From NCBI RefSeq assembly GCF_009914755.1, contig NC_060927.1: a stretch of DNA of 64,000 bases. One strand, written 5' to 3'. The position numbers and the translations under genes were made by a program. Source of the stretch: the human T2T-CHM13v2.0 reference genome, Homo sapiens. This document shows, one piece after another, positions 46,096-60,240 of this stretch. Within the stretch, counting starts at the first letter, position 1. Every line of letters begins with the position of its first letter. The notes beneath the pieces are model-generated. The model did no database searches. It saw nothing but the letters and a program-made list of their open reading frames with translations, and was not told the origin of the DNA.

Positions 46096-47640
46096 TAACA
46101 ACAACAATGCCATCTTTCCTTTACCCCCTTTCCTTTCTGGTTTGGGATGCAATACACAACCACACACTGCATTCATTTGTTACGTCTCCTGTCTTGGTCC
46201 TGAGACTGGGCACTTCACATGTGTTTGGCAGGAATGCCACGGAAGCAGTGCCGTGTCCTCGGTCCATCCTATCAGGTGGCACACAGTGCCCACTTGACCC
46301 AAGCAGTGCTGTTAGCTTCTGTTACCAGGTGAAGATGGTTTCTGCCAGGTTTCTCATAAAGTTAGTAAGAATTTTGTCAGTAATTATTAAGAATTGTATA
46401 AGGATACACTGTGAGGCCATATAAATATTCTGACCCTCATTAAACTTTCACTCATTTGTTCCAGCATCCATTGATGATTTTTAGCTGAATCCATGATTAC
46501 TACAATGGTGGCCAAATGGTGATTTTCTAACTTTATCATTTTCTTCTACACCTATTAGATGGATTTCTACTATAAAAGAGAGCTTTCCCTTCTCCTCAGT
46601 TTTACTTATTTATATGAACATAGACTCATGACTTGCTATTCTATTCAATAGGGTGCAATAAATTGGTAGCATTATTTATTTTGATGCCCAAATTGATGCA
46701 GGTTTGACCAAAAACAATCCCTTCAAGCTGGCTCAGAATTTTGACTTTGAAAAGAGGCCAATTTTTTATTCAAATGTGTCTCCACATAGTAGGAGTAAGG
46801 TCTTGGGAGTAAACAGAGTGGAAATTTTCGGCAGCACGCCTGGTGATGATGAGCAAAGTGGCCTTTACCGTGTCAGCGCTCCCTCAACTGTTCCAGCCTC
46901 TCGAAGCTTCTTCCTCCTTCCCTGTCCTAAAATGGAATTAAGTGCTGGATCTTGGAGGCACCTTAGAGATGATCAGGTCCCTGGTTCCCAGACACTGATT
47001 GGCAAGGGCTGTGTGACTGCAACCCCTGGAGAGGTAGTTTCTCAGAATAGGTGCCCCCACCGTCACGCCAAACATTTCGGGTTCAAAAGCCCGACCTGGT
47101 GGGATGAGCCCTTTATCTGTGTATGAAGCCACCCAGATGACTCCTGTGCTTAGCCAAAACCCACCCTACTCCCATAAATACACGCACCCCGCTTTCTTTT
47201 GCAGGTGAGAAACCAGTGACTCAGAGAGGGGAATCCGCATGCTCTAGGTCATGCTGTGAATGTCAGAACTGGGAAGTTTCTTGCTCCGTTAACACTGGCT
47301 TTTTGCCTGCATTGTGCTATCTCATTACAGTTCTTTGAAAGCTCTGAAGTTTTTGGCTCCTAACAATTGTTCTCACAGCAGTAAGAATGAGGAATTTACC
47401 TGTAGGATGGACGATGCTTAAGTCAGGTGTTTGTAAACCAGGGGCTGTCTCTGCTCATTTACTTGATACTTACATGCAGTATGTTGGTTTACTTTACGCT
47501 GATCCCCAGAGTTTCATCATTTAAACTGAAAAGAATAATAATACTTATTTATATGGCCGCTATGAGCATTAATTTTAGAGATACTGTAAGCCTGGCACTT
47601 TCGCTAACTAAATATGCATTTACCACTCCCCCACCCCAAA

Positions 47641-47641
<1 letters not shown>

Positions 47642-47683
<42 letters not shown>

Positions 47684-47685
47684 AC
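47642..47685. repeat. (CA)n microsatellite
   Basis: Read directly. Confidence 0.97.
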
Positions 47686-48567
47686 TCCCCTAATTTCACT
47701 TAAGGAAGCACTTTCTGTTACCATTTCTCTCTCTCTTACCTACTGACCCCTCACTGACAATAACAGCAGTATGCCCTTTTGCCATTGAGAAAGACAGCTG
47801 TAAGATAAACAGATGCCATTGCATTATACATACATGTCCCCCTGAGACCATTCTGCACTGTAGCCACCACCTCGTCCCCTGGGCTATAGAAATCTGACTA
47901 TTAAACAAAACTAACCTTTAAACATGTAAACTGTATCCACCCGATAACAATTCAGCCATACTTCCTTACAAATCTAGACCGGACCCAATATGTTAAAGGC
48001 TTTCTGGCACTACAGTGAAGGAAGGGAACATCTTTCAAACATGTTTATAAATACTAATAACAGTACAGGGTGCTCAAGATCTCAAGCAATCCACTGCTGA
48101 CTTTTTCATTAGGTGGTCATTTGTTGAACTTCAGCTCCCTTCCAATACCTTCCATTCATTCTCTTCATCAAGGACATCTGCAGTGCACGGCAGCATCAGG
48201 GGGCAGGCCTCCTGAGCCCCCAGCAGGATTCCATTTCTCCACCTTCCACTGCCATCCGACTTGCTGATGCCCAGGCCCCCAGAGGAGGAAGGGCTATCCT
48301 GTTGTTATGAGAACAAATGAAGCTAAGAAGTGGTTTGAGGTGGGAACAGCCAGGCCCTACAGACAGAGAGAGTGGTTAATAAATCTGTATTGTACTGAAT
48401 TAAATAGAGCATCTTAAGCTACCTACTGGGGATGGAACAATGCAGAGACTCCTGTGTTTTTTAGTAGCATTAGCAAAAGAGCTTAGCATCGCTGCTAATT
48501 AAAATCACATCCACGTTTGGCTTCGGAATGCATAAGGCATCACAATAACTCAGCACTGAAGGGGCTT

Positions 48568-49092
48568 ATAGTGGTTTTAAAATAAATCCACACATTCTTT
48601 GCAGTGTGCTCCCTTCAATGCAGCCTCATTCCTCTCCTCTTGAATGTAGGCTATTCTGAGTGACTCACTTATCAATAGAATGTAGTGAAAACGGTGGAAT
48701 ATGACTTTCAAAGATATGCTGTTGAAGACACTGCGCTTCTGTCTTGCTCTCTCTTTCGGATCACGTGCTCTTCAGGGAGCCAGCTGCCATGTCATGCAGA
48801 CACTCAAGCAGCCCTATGGAGAAGCCACATGGAGAGGGGCTGAGGCCTGTTTCCCACAGCCATGTGAGTGGGCCATTCCGGAAGCAGATCATCCAGCCCT
48901 CGCCAAGCTGACAGACGACTGCATCCCCAGCCAACATCTAGACTGGAGCCTCACGAGAGACCAACCCGGAGACCCCACCCAGCTAAGCCACTCCAGAATC
49001 CCTGACCCCAAACATTGTGACATGATAAAAATGTGTTGTTTAAGCTTTTAAGTTGTGTGGTATTCTGTTATGTAGCAATAGATAGTTAATAC
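48568..49092 (+). mobile_element. MLT1F-like MaLR LTR
   Basis: gccagctgccatgtcatgcagacactcaagcagccctatggagaagccac...tgttatgtagcaatagat. Confidence 0.8.
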
Positions 49093-49442
49093 CGGGCTCT
49101 TAATCTTTTCCATAGCAACCGTGACAAAAGGTAGTGCAGGCTCAGCTTGCACCTCCCATTGACAGAGAGCTTGCTTCTTCACAGGGCAGCCCCTTCTGTT
49201 GCTTGGCCAGTCTGTTACCAGTCCTGCTCACACCGAGCTGGTTTTGGCCTCTCTGTAATTTCCATCCCTGGTTCAAGATGTGCCTTGTGAAGCAAAGGTG
49301 AAGCTTCTCCTCTTTTATGTGACTGCCCTTCAGACAGCTGCAATTCGTGATTATGCCGGCCTCCTGTGTGCTCTTGTGCTGGCTAAAGAGAGAAGAAGGG
49401 GAGGCAGCACCTTTTGAGGGGCCCGGGAGAAGAGACATAGTC

Positions 49443-50451
49443 TGTCTATAGGAAAACAAAACAAAACAAAACAAAACAACAAAACAAAAAACTGCTTTAT
49501 GCTCTCTTTTGTACTCTCACAACATTTTTGGTCACCAAAATGTGTGGGGTTTTCCCCCACATCAAGCAATTCTCTAATTCTCTGTAGATTTAATTGTAAT
49601 TGAATTACAATTTAATTCAATTCTGACAGTAGCTAGAGTTAGTGCAGACCCCACAGGTTAAGATCCCAGTCCCACAAGACCAATTCTCACTTCAGACATC
49701 AATCGCGAGTAGTAGGTCCCCAGGTTACCCGCAACTTCTCTCTGACCTGGCTACACGGAAGGTTCTCGCAGCTGCCTCATTGGGTTTAATCGTTTGCTAG
49801 AATGGCTCACAGAACTCAGGGAAACACTCTACTTACATGTTTGGAAGATGTTCTTGCCTGTTTCACTGTAGTGCCACAAAGCCTTTACAATTTTGGATGG
49901 ATTCTAGATGTGTGAAGCAGTGTGGCTGAATTGTTGTTGGGTGGAAATCCCACTTATTACAAAGTATACAACTCGGGAACAGCCAAATGGAAGAGATGCA
50001 AAGAGCAAGGTATGGGGAAGGGGTCAGCTTCCATGCCTTCTCTGGGTGTGGACCCTCCCAGAACCTCCACGTGCTCAACAACCTGGAAGCTCTCAGAAAC
50101 CAGTCCAGTCCTTTTGGGGTTTTATGGAGGCTTATTGTTTACATCTTTAGCTATTAGTTATTAACTCAAACTTCTGCCCCCTTTCCCCTCCCTGGAGGTT
50201 GGTTGCTGAGGCGGTGGGCGGGGGAGGGTGTAGTGGGACTGAAAGTTCCAACTCTCTAACCACATGGTGAGTTCCCCTGGTAACCAGTCCTCACCCCAAG
50301 GCTGTCCAGGAGCCTCCAGCCCTTGGTCATCTCACTCGCATGCAGAATGACACTTATCACTTGTCACAAGGGGTTTATGAGCTATGTGCCAGAAAACGGG
50401 GAGGGGTGGGAAGAGGAAAAATATATTTTTTTTATTAAATCCCAATGTCAT
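49443..50451 (-). mobile_element. MER21 LTR carrying a ~110-bp foreign insert
   Basis: caattctgacagtagctagagttagtgcagaccccacagg; gctagaatggctcacagaactcagggaaac; gagctatgtgccagaaaacgggg. Confidence 0.8.
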
Positions 50452-50569
50452 AGCCTGGAATTAGGCCACAGTCCTGCATGCACCAATCCAAGAGGGGCTG
50501 GATTCTGGGAGATTTTGAGAAATGGATGGCACCAGTCCTGAGCCACTAGATAACAATCGTAGCAGTAAC

Positions 50570-50810
50570 AGTAATAATTAGTGCTGACATAGCACTTAAA
50601 CAGGCTGCCAGATCCTCTTCCATGTGTTTTGTATGTGCTAAGTCATTTAATCCCCACAAAAGCTCAGAATTATTGCCCCTATTCACAGAGGAGGAAACTA
50701 TAGTGCAAATAGGTTATAACTTGCCCAAGGAAACATAGCCAGTAAGCAGCAGAGCAGGATTTAAAGGGAGGCAGCCCAGCTTCAGAATACTCCTCACTGC
50801 AACTCAGTAG
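50570..50810 (-). mobile_element. MIR
   Basis: cacagaggaggaaact...aacttgcccaagg. Confidence 0.75.
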
Positions 50811-51151
50811 TGCCTTCCCTTCTGGATCTAGCTCATCTTAGAGCTGCATTGAAAGCTGTTATAGAAACAAAAACTGCTACCATTTACTGAGCATCTGCTA
50901 TGTCTCAGTCCCTGGGCTGAGTGCTTTGTACACACTAGAAAAATTAAGGCTCACGGTCAATGGAACCAATCATTTAACATTTATTTATCAAGCACAGACA
51001 CTGTGCTGATCCCAGTGGGGACACAGTGGTGACTCAGGCTTGGGTCCTGACCTTAAAAATTTTTCAGTCCTGAAGCGATAAATTAGGTACAAAAATAGCT
51101 AAGTTTGAGGCATAGAGCAAGAGTTGCCCTTTTGTAGAGGAATAGAGAGCA

Positions 51152-51510
51152 ATGTTATGGTCTAAATGATCATGTTCTCTCAAAATTCATGTTAAAATCC
51201 TAGCTCCCAAGGTGATGGGATTAGGAGGTTAGATCTTTTGGGGAGGTAATTAGGTCATGAGACTGGAGAGCTCCTGAATGGGATTAGTGCCCTTAGAAAG
51301 AGGCCCAAGGGAGCCCATTTGCCCAGTTCACCATGTGAGAATGCAGCAAAAAAAGGTGCCATCTATGAACGAGAAAGTGGGTCTCACCAGACTCTAAATT
51401 TGCTGGTGCCTTGATCTTTGATGTTCCAGCCTCCAGAACTGTGAAAAATAAATGTGAAACTGTGAAAAATCTATGGTATTTCATGATAGTGGCCTAAAAA
51501 GACAAAGACA
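51152..51510 (+). mobile_element. MLT1A0-like MaLR LTR inserted in an L2 fragment
   Basis: tgttatggtctaaatg...gaatgggattagtgccctt...ccagcctccagaactgtga...gacaaagaca. Confidence 0.85.
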
Positions 51511-52444
51511 AGCATGACACACGGAGAGAGCTGGGGCTATAGGGGTGTTACCTGAGTAGGCTTTATCTGAACCGGTTCTTGAAGGAGGTTATGGTTGGGG
51601 AAGGTAGAGGTGGGAGAAGGGCACTCTAGGAAAGGAAACAGGACAGGAGTTAAGATGAGAAAAATGAGGCTTCACTCTAACCAAAGACAGAATGATGAGC
51701 TAGAAAGATGGAAACACCATACTGGGGTGGTTTTTGTTTAATCCTGTGTATTACATGTGATTTTATAGGAACCCATGGTCTTGAGACTGCTGTGGGTTTG
51801 TGATTTCAGCAAATCTATCCCAGGCTGGAAAAGCAGAGGCCCTGTGAGGACTTCATCTGGAGCAAATGAAAACTGTCAGACCCTCAGAGCCCCCAGGACA
51901 CTCATTTATCATGGTGAGAAATATTGATATTAATAAGCCCTTCTGCTTGATACAATTTCTTGTCATCACCCTCTTCTCTCACCCCCGGCTGCCACCACCA
52001 CCAGTTTCCATTTGGAGAATCAAACTGGCAGCAGAGAGTCACACTTCTTGCAGATCTGTTGGACACACACACATAAATACGGCAATCATTTTATGTCTAA
52101 TGAATGGGAAGTGAGGGGTAGAGGTCCTGACTGTACAGTGGGAGATTTGCAAGCTGTTTTGCTGGGATTTCCTCTCACCTGTGGGAAAGAGGGAAAGACA
52201 TGACCCTACCAGCTTCCTGCATGTGATGTGCCTGCATGCACTGGAGGCACAGTCATGACTCTGATCCCCAGGTCGGGGGAAGCCCTTTCCAAAGGGTGGG
52301 GCATGCTTTTGGGAACTTGTGCTTTCTGAGATCTCAAGGAAGAGGCAAATTCTGATTTCATGAGGGCTGAAAGTTGTACAATTTGGGGACCTTTTTAAAG
52401 AAAAAGAATATCAAATTATGAATACAAAGTGAGGCTTACAAAAT

Positions 52445-52600
52445 TTTTTTTACAGTGGAGGTCTCGCTCTGTCACCCAGAGTGGACTGCAATGGTATGAT
52501 CATAGCTTACTGCAACCTTGAGTTCCTGGACCCAAGCAATCCTCCCGCCTCAGCCTCCCAAGTAGCTGGGACTAACAGGTGCACGTCACCACACCTAGCT
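52445..52600 (-). mobile_element. AluJ right arm / FRAM
   Basis: gatcatagcttactgcaaccttg...cctcagcctcccaagtagctggg. Confidence 0.85.
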
Positions 52601-53622
52601 CAAAGTGAGATTTGAAAGTCACCATTTATTTAGAATGATTAAAGAAATCACAACAAATTTTAAATCTTAAAAATGCTGATAAGTACCATGAATATCACAA
52701 AATTCAGAAAAATGTTTTATTAACTGCCTGACATATGACTAAAATATATTTTTCTGCTTTTCTGGGTCACACACTCTCTAGATCACTTCTTCAAATGGCA
52801 ACAGTTTTGTAATAGTTCTGCAGAGAGAAGACAATTCAGTCTGACGTCTAGCATGTTTGGTTCAAATTATTAATATTTTCTCATTGATTTTTTCAAAAGT
52901 TTCTTTTAGCTTCACAACTCATTATTAAACATGCCATTTAAATGTTTAGGATTGTTGTAAATTTGGGGAAAACTTAACAGAATATCTTTCCTGTATGACT
53001 GCAAGCCTTCTGCAGCTATCTCCTTAAACACTCTTTGACTTGAGAATGACTCATTGATTCATTGACCAGTTAGTCATCCCCGTTCTCATTGTGGAGATAC
53101 ATGAGGAGTTGTGTGTTATCCTCAGAAGAGCCAGTTTCATATTGAGACAGTAGGAAATGTAAATCTTTCTCCAGTGTGTTCATATGATTCACTTCTCTTC
53201 ATTAACTGGACTATTAAATGATCTGGGAGTCTATTCACTATTATTCTATTGGAAAGTTATCTCTTCCTTTTACTGAATTACTGCTTTTGATGCGATTAAA
53301 CAGTATTTTATTGTAATTCTATCCTTGATGTCTGAATAATTTCTATGTATCTCATTTCTTTTCTTTTTTGCTCCATTAACTTTTTCTCTGAAATTTCTCT
53401 GAGTTTCTGAATAAATACACTTAAAGATGACAAAAGATTATACCCATCGTAAATGCCAAAATTGGGAGTCTGTACTCTTATTTCTTTTCTTGAAATGTTC
53501 CAAAAATGTCATTCCAAATTGAATTCAAATGGCTTGTTGAGCTTTATAAACTTGTAAGTAAACACCTTGCTACTTATTTGTCTTTGAATTTCTCTTCTGA
53601 ATCTTCAAAAATACATTTTTAA

Positions 53623-53950
<328 letters not shown>

Positions 53951-54129
53951 TACGTTTTCTCAAAGATTGTTGTATCTATGTGTCAGGGCTTGAACAGATT
54001 TATAATGGTAGACCAAATGTTACCTGCAAATATTACCTGGGTGCCATAAGACACATTCATGTTAAAATGAAATTTGGGTCCTACACGTTTTGAACAGAAG
54101 TATTCCTGGAAGCCATTCCTATACCAGAC

Positions 54130-54447
54130 AGCCAGCGGAGCACGTTGGCTCACACCTATAATCCCAGCACTTTGGGAGGCCAAAGTGGGCAGATCACCTG
54201 AGTTCAGGAGTTCGAGATCAGCCTGGCCAACATAGTAAAACCCCATCTCTACTAAAAATACAAAACTTAGCTGGGCGCAGTGGCTTACGCCTGTAATCCC
54301 AGCTAGTAGGGAGGCTGAGACAGGAGAATCACTTCAACCCAGGAGTCAGAGGTTGCAGTGAGCTGAGATTGTGCCACTGCACTCCAGCCTGGGCAAGAGA
54401 ATGAGACTCCATCTCAGAATAACAATAACAACAACAACAAACCAAAA
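54130..54447 (+). mobile_element. AluS
   Basis: Full dimer, TSD cctataccagac. Confidence 0.93.
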
Positions 54448-54694
54448 CCTATACCAGACAGCCAATAACAATTCCTTTATACGTGAAAGTGACAGTGATT
54501 TCCAAACACATAATTATATCCCAATGGATGTAAATTAATATGTGCCAATTCAACCTCCCCTTAACCAATATACCCAAAATGTCCATGGACACTACAACAC
54601 TACCTGGCATCAGCAAGACTATGATGGAGAAGTTGCAATGGAAAGAAACAGTGGTCTTAACCAATTGCAATAAGTGGTGTTTACTTTTAGAGAA

Positions 54695-55185
54695 GTGCTC
54701 AAAAAATGATGGGAGCACCATGAAAAAGCTCCCAGTGGCCAAATCTGGGATCGTTTGAGCAATGATGGTAATGAATTGTATTCATTCACTTCTGTTTAGT
54801 GATATAAATAAAATAATTGATTAAATAAAGAAATGGGGGAGAAGGAACAGTTCTTCCTTATAGAAGATTTCAATTAATACACATGGAAAGGTGGAAATGG
54901 AAAAATCATCATCTGGCAAATACCATGGTAGTAATTTTTATTGGCAACAATCACCAATGAATACGAAAATCAGTGGGTAAAGTAGGATGATAAAGGGCAT
55001 ATTTGTACCAGTATCAATGCACCTCTTCATCTGATACTTATTAATTACTGGGGGAAACCTCAAACTTCACAGAAGAGAAACCTGAAGATACTGTCTCTAC
55101 CAAGTGGTCAGAGTTAACATCTCTAGTAATGACACATGTCAACATCATGTGCCACCTGATGTAATGCCTGAAAAAGATGTATCAC
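54695..55185 (+). mobile_element. L1MC/L1ME 3' fragment
   Basis: agctcccagtggccaaatctggga; gatacttattaattac; ccaagtggtcagagttaacatc. Confidence 0.6.
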
Positions 55186-55189
55186 AGTC

Positions 55190-57175
55190 ATATAAGTAAA
55201 ATATTTAGGGATCCAGAGGTTTTGGACATGCAGCAACATCCCCCAGAGATAAACGACAAGTTACTGCATCTCACCTCTTACCATTAAGAAAGAAGCCCCA
55301 TGCCTGGGAGGCCTCTTCAAGTTCTAGAGGCAGTACTTAGTGATATTGCTCTGACCAATTTACCAGGTAACATGGAAGGCTGTCAGCTCTGAGTCACAGC
55401 AGGTGTAAGATGAAATGCCATACTGCTTGGGCCAAATGATTGAGGAGACCCTATTGATATTAGTTATCTGTGGTGGAAGAATTCACCACGTGGAGCTTAT
55501 GGCAAGCTCCAACAAGAGAATCATAATGTAGACCCCAGAGTCCCGGAGCAAGGCCATGCCATCTGCAGAGGAGACCTTAACACTGTTTGAAAAGAGCTCC
55601 TGGCACGCCACTTCCCTAATAGAGACAGAGCATCTGACAAGTGACATGTGGCCAAAGCTACCCAGCACGAGCTAAGTAGCATCTAACCTACCAAGCCATA
55701 AAGTTGGCAAGCTGGGAACAGTACATCTGGGATTAGGTGTGAGCAGGGCCAGAGGGTGAATGTAAGCTATGCTAATAGATGGCCCAGACCCCAGGGCATC
55801 CATCACTGTTGTACCAATGTCTCTCCCTTAGACAAAACTTGTGGCCATGTGGAGTATGCCTTACAGCCAAGCTGATGGAGGGGGAAAAAAAAGGACTGAG
55901 ACCGGTTCAAGGAAGTATAAGCTTGGTTTGGGGGTGCTAGCCAAAAATGAACTGCTAGACACCATTCCTCTAGTCTATCTTGTAAGTGGTGAAGAAACCA
56001 ACCAGAATTCCAGAAGAGCTGTTCCCAGGTGGATTGGACTTATACAAAGCCAGTAGATTTGATCAGTGCAAGATATGGACTGTAGAGGATGTGCTGGTGT
56101 ATTACTGTAGTCCCATTCAGGGTGGTCCCAAAAAACAATGGTAAAGAGGAATCCTCTCATTAGACTGAGCACAAGGTCATTCACTTTCTGTGGGAAGAGA
56201 AGTGGCCTGAAGTAGGAATATATAACTCAGGGCTATGAAAAATGACTAGGCTGGTTGGCCAGGGGCCTGAAAAGGGAAAGAATGTAAGACTGGGGACTGG
56301 GGACAAAGCATGTAGATGGACCTATGGGAGCGGGCATAGGGAGTCAAGACCTTTGCAATGCATGTTAGTGCCCACTAGGGAGCACCTACCATGGAAGAAG
56401 CACTTCACTCTGTGAAGATAGGGTCCCTTCCTTTAGGATGTGGTTAACACCATAAATCACAGACTTTTATCTGAGTTGGTGTCCCCAGTAGGTAGAATAC
56501 ATGGGCCCAGGAACCAAGGAGTAAGATTGGGAAAGGTCCTGCATACCAGCATTCCTAGTGTCACACTTGGCAATTAATGCTTGTCATTGCTGCAACATCA
56601 GGCTCTGTGGGTCCAGAGGTCCTGGTTCCCAGAGGGAAACGCTTGCACCAGGGGCCATGGTAAGTGTCCCATTAGAATTTAAGTCTTGGCTGCTGCCTAG
56701 GCACTTTGGGCTCCTCGTGCCAAAAGATGAGAAGGCAAGGCCCCCATGCTAGCTGGGGTGATTGACCCTGACTGTCAGGGGAGTAGGGCTGCTGTTCCAC
56801 AGTGAAGGCAGGGTGGAATAAGGCTGACACTCTGGTGATCTGTTAGGGGCTTTTCTTGGTGCTCTCCTGCCTACTTTTGATGGTAAATTGGTGAGTGTAG
56901 CTGCCATGGCTTGAGAACAGCAAAATGACCAGAAACTTGGGGATGATGGTTTGGGTCATTCTACCAGGTTAGGCACCTTGACTAGCAAAGGCAACAGTAA
57001 GAAGAGTATAAAATGAGTGACCTTGAGGCCAACTGCAGTCACTCAGGGAATATATCATCTCTCTAGTCTTTTTCTCGTAAGTGGTGAAGAAACCAACCAG
57101 AATTCCAGAAGAGCTGTTCCCAGGTGGATTGGACTTATACAAAGCCAGTAGATTTGATCAGTGCAAGATACAGAC
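55190..57175 (+). mobile_element. ERVL-class internal remnant (degraded pol)
   Basis: Frameshifted peptides VKYLGIQ, INDKLLHL and TIKKEA at 55196-55297 resemble ERVL RT (VKFLGVQW...KDKLLHLAPPTTKKEA); no intact ORF. Confidence 0.75.
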
Positions 57176-57560
57176 TGTAGAGGATGTGCTGGTGTATCAC
57201 CCAGATCTCTCCTTTTAGGGCCAAAGCCCCCGTTTCCTTGGCTGCCATGAATGTTGGCTGCTGACTGTTCACATCTGAGCCTTCTAGGAACTACCCCTCA
57301 CTGAAGGGAGCTTCTGGCCCAAAAGGCTGAGGACCCTTGCCTCAATTTGGGACAATTCAGAAGGCCCATCTCAGCTCCAGAGCACCCTGGTAGAATTGGC
57401 TGAGGCCTCTGTTGCTTCTGCATTGCAGCTCAACTCTTCTCTCTGCTCATTCCGGCTCCCTCACTCCCTTACAGGTGTTGTTCCCAAGAGCAGGCAAACA
57501 AATTTCCCACACACAAACACCTGTCGCAGAATCTGTTTCATGGGGAGCTTGACCCCAGGA
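57176..57560 (+). mobile_element. LTR16-like 3' LTR of the ERVL remnant
   Basis: ccttgcctcaatttgggacaa...ccatctcagctccagagc...ttggctgaggcctctgttgc...cagaatctgtttc. Confidence 0.75.
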
Positions 57561-57599
57561 GTCCAGAATTTTCTTCATGCTCTTGACATGAGTTAGGAG

Positions 57600-57782
57600 T
57601 GTTTGCCTCTACATGCAATGGTTCAACTACTGTAGACAAGGGAGGATGATATAAAGCAGAGCTCCTACTAACCCTGCATGAGCATATAGGGTGAGCAAGA
57701 CATCAACCTTAGCGGTTTAAGTCACCTGAGATCTGATGGTTGTTTGTTACCACAGTACAGTCTAACTCTCCTGACTGATACA
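57600..57782 (+). mobile_element. MLT1 LTR 3' fragment
   Basis: ggttgtttgttaccacagtacagtctaactctcctgactgataca. Confidence 0.6.
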
Positions 57783-57965
57783 GAATCAACACAATGATTC
57801 TGCCTTTAAAAATATATAGATTCTGGTCTCCATTCAGAAGTGGCCAATCTTAATGCATAAAGCAAATGTAGGTCTGCACTTATGGCTGACAAACTAGAGT
57901 CAAGCTAGAAAGAGTCAAATAGAGTCAAAGAGGCTAAGTGTCATCATTGGGGCCTTTTTAAAAAA

Positions 57966-58209
<244 letters not shown>

Positions 58210-59769
58210 TAGAACATGGGGATGAATTGCCAGACAGCAGGTCCTGGTTAGAATTGGTTGGGTAATTTACATATGTTTTCAGGTCACTGCCAAGACCTTT
58301 TTGCAGGCAATCCAGATGGGTCTGGACTCAAGTGAGAAGTGAGTCATCAATGCCTGTATCAATGAGAAAAATAAAGATTAGTAATTCAGTGTTGGGTTCC
58401 ATGTGTTTTTTTAGTGGGAGGCATGAATCCAAGACAAAGTCCTTGGCACCACACAGTACATTCTTTGACAACAGCTATTGTTAAGGACCTTTCCGAGGAG
58501 TTTTAAGCAGTGATTGTTGCTGATGAAAGTTGACCAGGCAGGGAGCCTTACATTATGGTCCTATCTGTGCGGGTGGGTGGATGAAATGTCTTGAGCCTGT
58601 GAATGATTTCTGACACCCTTGTTAGTGTCCTGCAATATAACACAATGTTATCTGGCTTAGGAATGTGCTACTGGCCTTAGCTGCTGAGGAAGAAACCAGA
58701 GTCTCATCTGCTAATATTTCATAAGAGTTAAGTTTTGGGAATTTGTTTGTTGTCTAATCAGAGCCATGGGCAGTACATCTGTCCTCTTCAATCCATTTTC
58801 TGCACAAACCTTGGCCAGCTTATTATTTTTAATCCCATTTTGATATTTTATTACCTCTGTTGACTGCAGACAATGTGGGCATTGACAACACTAAATATTC
58901 TGTAGGCTTTACAACTTTAAGAACCAATCTAGCAAATACATGTTCAAATACATGTCCCTGTGATTGTAGAGTATTTTAAACCTAGTAATGAGATTTTCTG
59001 GAGGTCTTTTGCTGGTCACCCTTGTGTCAGCCTTGGAACATAGATATGTTTCTACCCATTTTGAAGAGACATATAAATTACTAAAACGTGTCCATACCAA
59101 TAGCATTTTCTTTATCTGTATAGATTTAGCTTGAATATTAATTTTAAGTAGCCCCCAAGGAACAGAATGAACTGCTTTCTTTTTCTTGACAGTTCTCTCC
59201 TTGCTCCCTTCTTGGATGTGAGCCTGATAAGTAGGTCCACTCTTATGATACTGTTTGTCCAGACTAGAACATTTTGGAACACACCAGTCAAGTCTCATGT
59301 TTCCTAACATCCCCTCTCTTTTCATGTGGATTATGTCATGGGCTACATAAGCAAGGTGGAGAAGGCAATTAATTCCTTTCATGCCAATCAAGATATGGAT
59401 GTAAAAGACACTGCCACCTCCAAAGGTTCTGCTCTGAGTCTGAGACCTTATCCAAAATCTTCTCAGCTGATGTAGGAAGAAGACAAATGCAGTCTGAGAA
59501 TAACCGAAGACCTTAGCTGTTATCCAAAGCAAACATCTTTTTAGGTAACACGTCCCCAGAAATCTTCATTCCTCCAGAAATTCCTCCATTGTGATAAACT
59601 GCCCATGGACACAATATGGGTCAGACTCTGAAGAACTAAGTATACCCAGCTCAGGTAAGGGCAGCAAATTTGCTCCCCCAGGAGGCCCAGTACTGGTGCA
59701 ACCTCCTGTGCAAAACAGATTGCAACCCAGAGATCAGTCCCGTTCTTTTTCTCTCTTACACCAACACTT

Positions 59770-59950
59770 CCACAAAGTGTTAGGCACTGTGCTAAGCCTT
59801 TTACAACAACCCTGAAGGTAGTATTATCTCCATGGCACAGATAAGAGAGATCACAGAGGCCAAGAGGCTAAGTGAGTTGCATTGGCTGAGCCTGGATTTA
59901 GGCCCCAGTCCATCTGCTTCCAAAGCCTTTGGACCTCACCTCTCTGCTAC
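59770..59950 (-). mobile_element. MIR
   Basis: acaacaaccctgaaggtagtattatctcc...agaggccaagaggctaagtgagttgc. Confidence 0.65.
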
Positions 59951-60094
59951 AGCCCTTCCTTTCTATGCACAATGGCCCCCTTTTTGCAGCACTAGTATGA
60001 GCAGGCGACAGGTTTCCTATTGACCTGTGTGTCTAGGGATTACAGCAGCAGAAAAAGAAATATTTTAATTCATCTAATTGTTTACTCATTCCCC

Positions 60095-60240
60095 AATCCA
60101 TTCATTTGACAAATATTTGTTGAATTGTTACTATGTCCAACACTGAGCTAGATGCTGAGGTAGAGAGGTAAACACTGAGGAAGTGAGACACTCAAAAAAC
60201 AAACACACAAATAAATACATAATGACAAACTGTGATAAAT
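60095..60240 (-). mobile_element. L2 3' end fragment
   Basis: cattcatttgacaaatatttgttgaa...ctatgtccaacactgagctag. Confidence 0.65.

Noticed and set aside
55982-56105. Reading the 124-bp repeat as the 5' LTR of a provirus
   Set aside because: It is mostly internal 3' sequence plus only ~25 bp of LTR, sits inside pol, and is too identical for the age of the element
55190-57175. Possible functional retroviral pol
   Set aside because: Only short frameshifted peptide remnants; no intact ORF
58909-59532. Longest ORF (207 aa, minus strand)
   Set aside because: Non-ATG start, no recognisable domain, no coding-like composition or convincing splice context; probably a chance ORF
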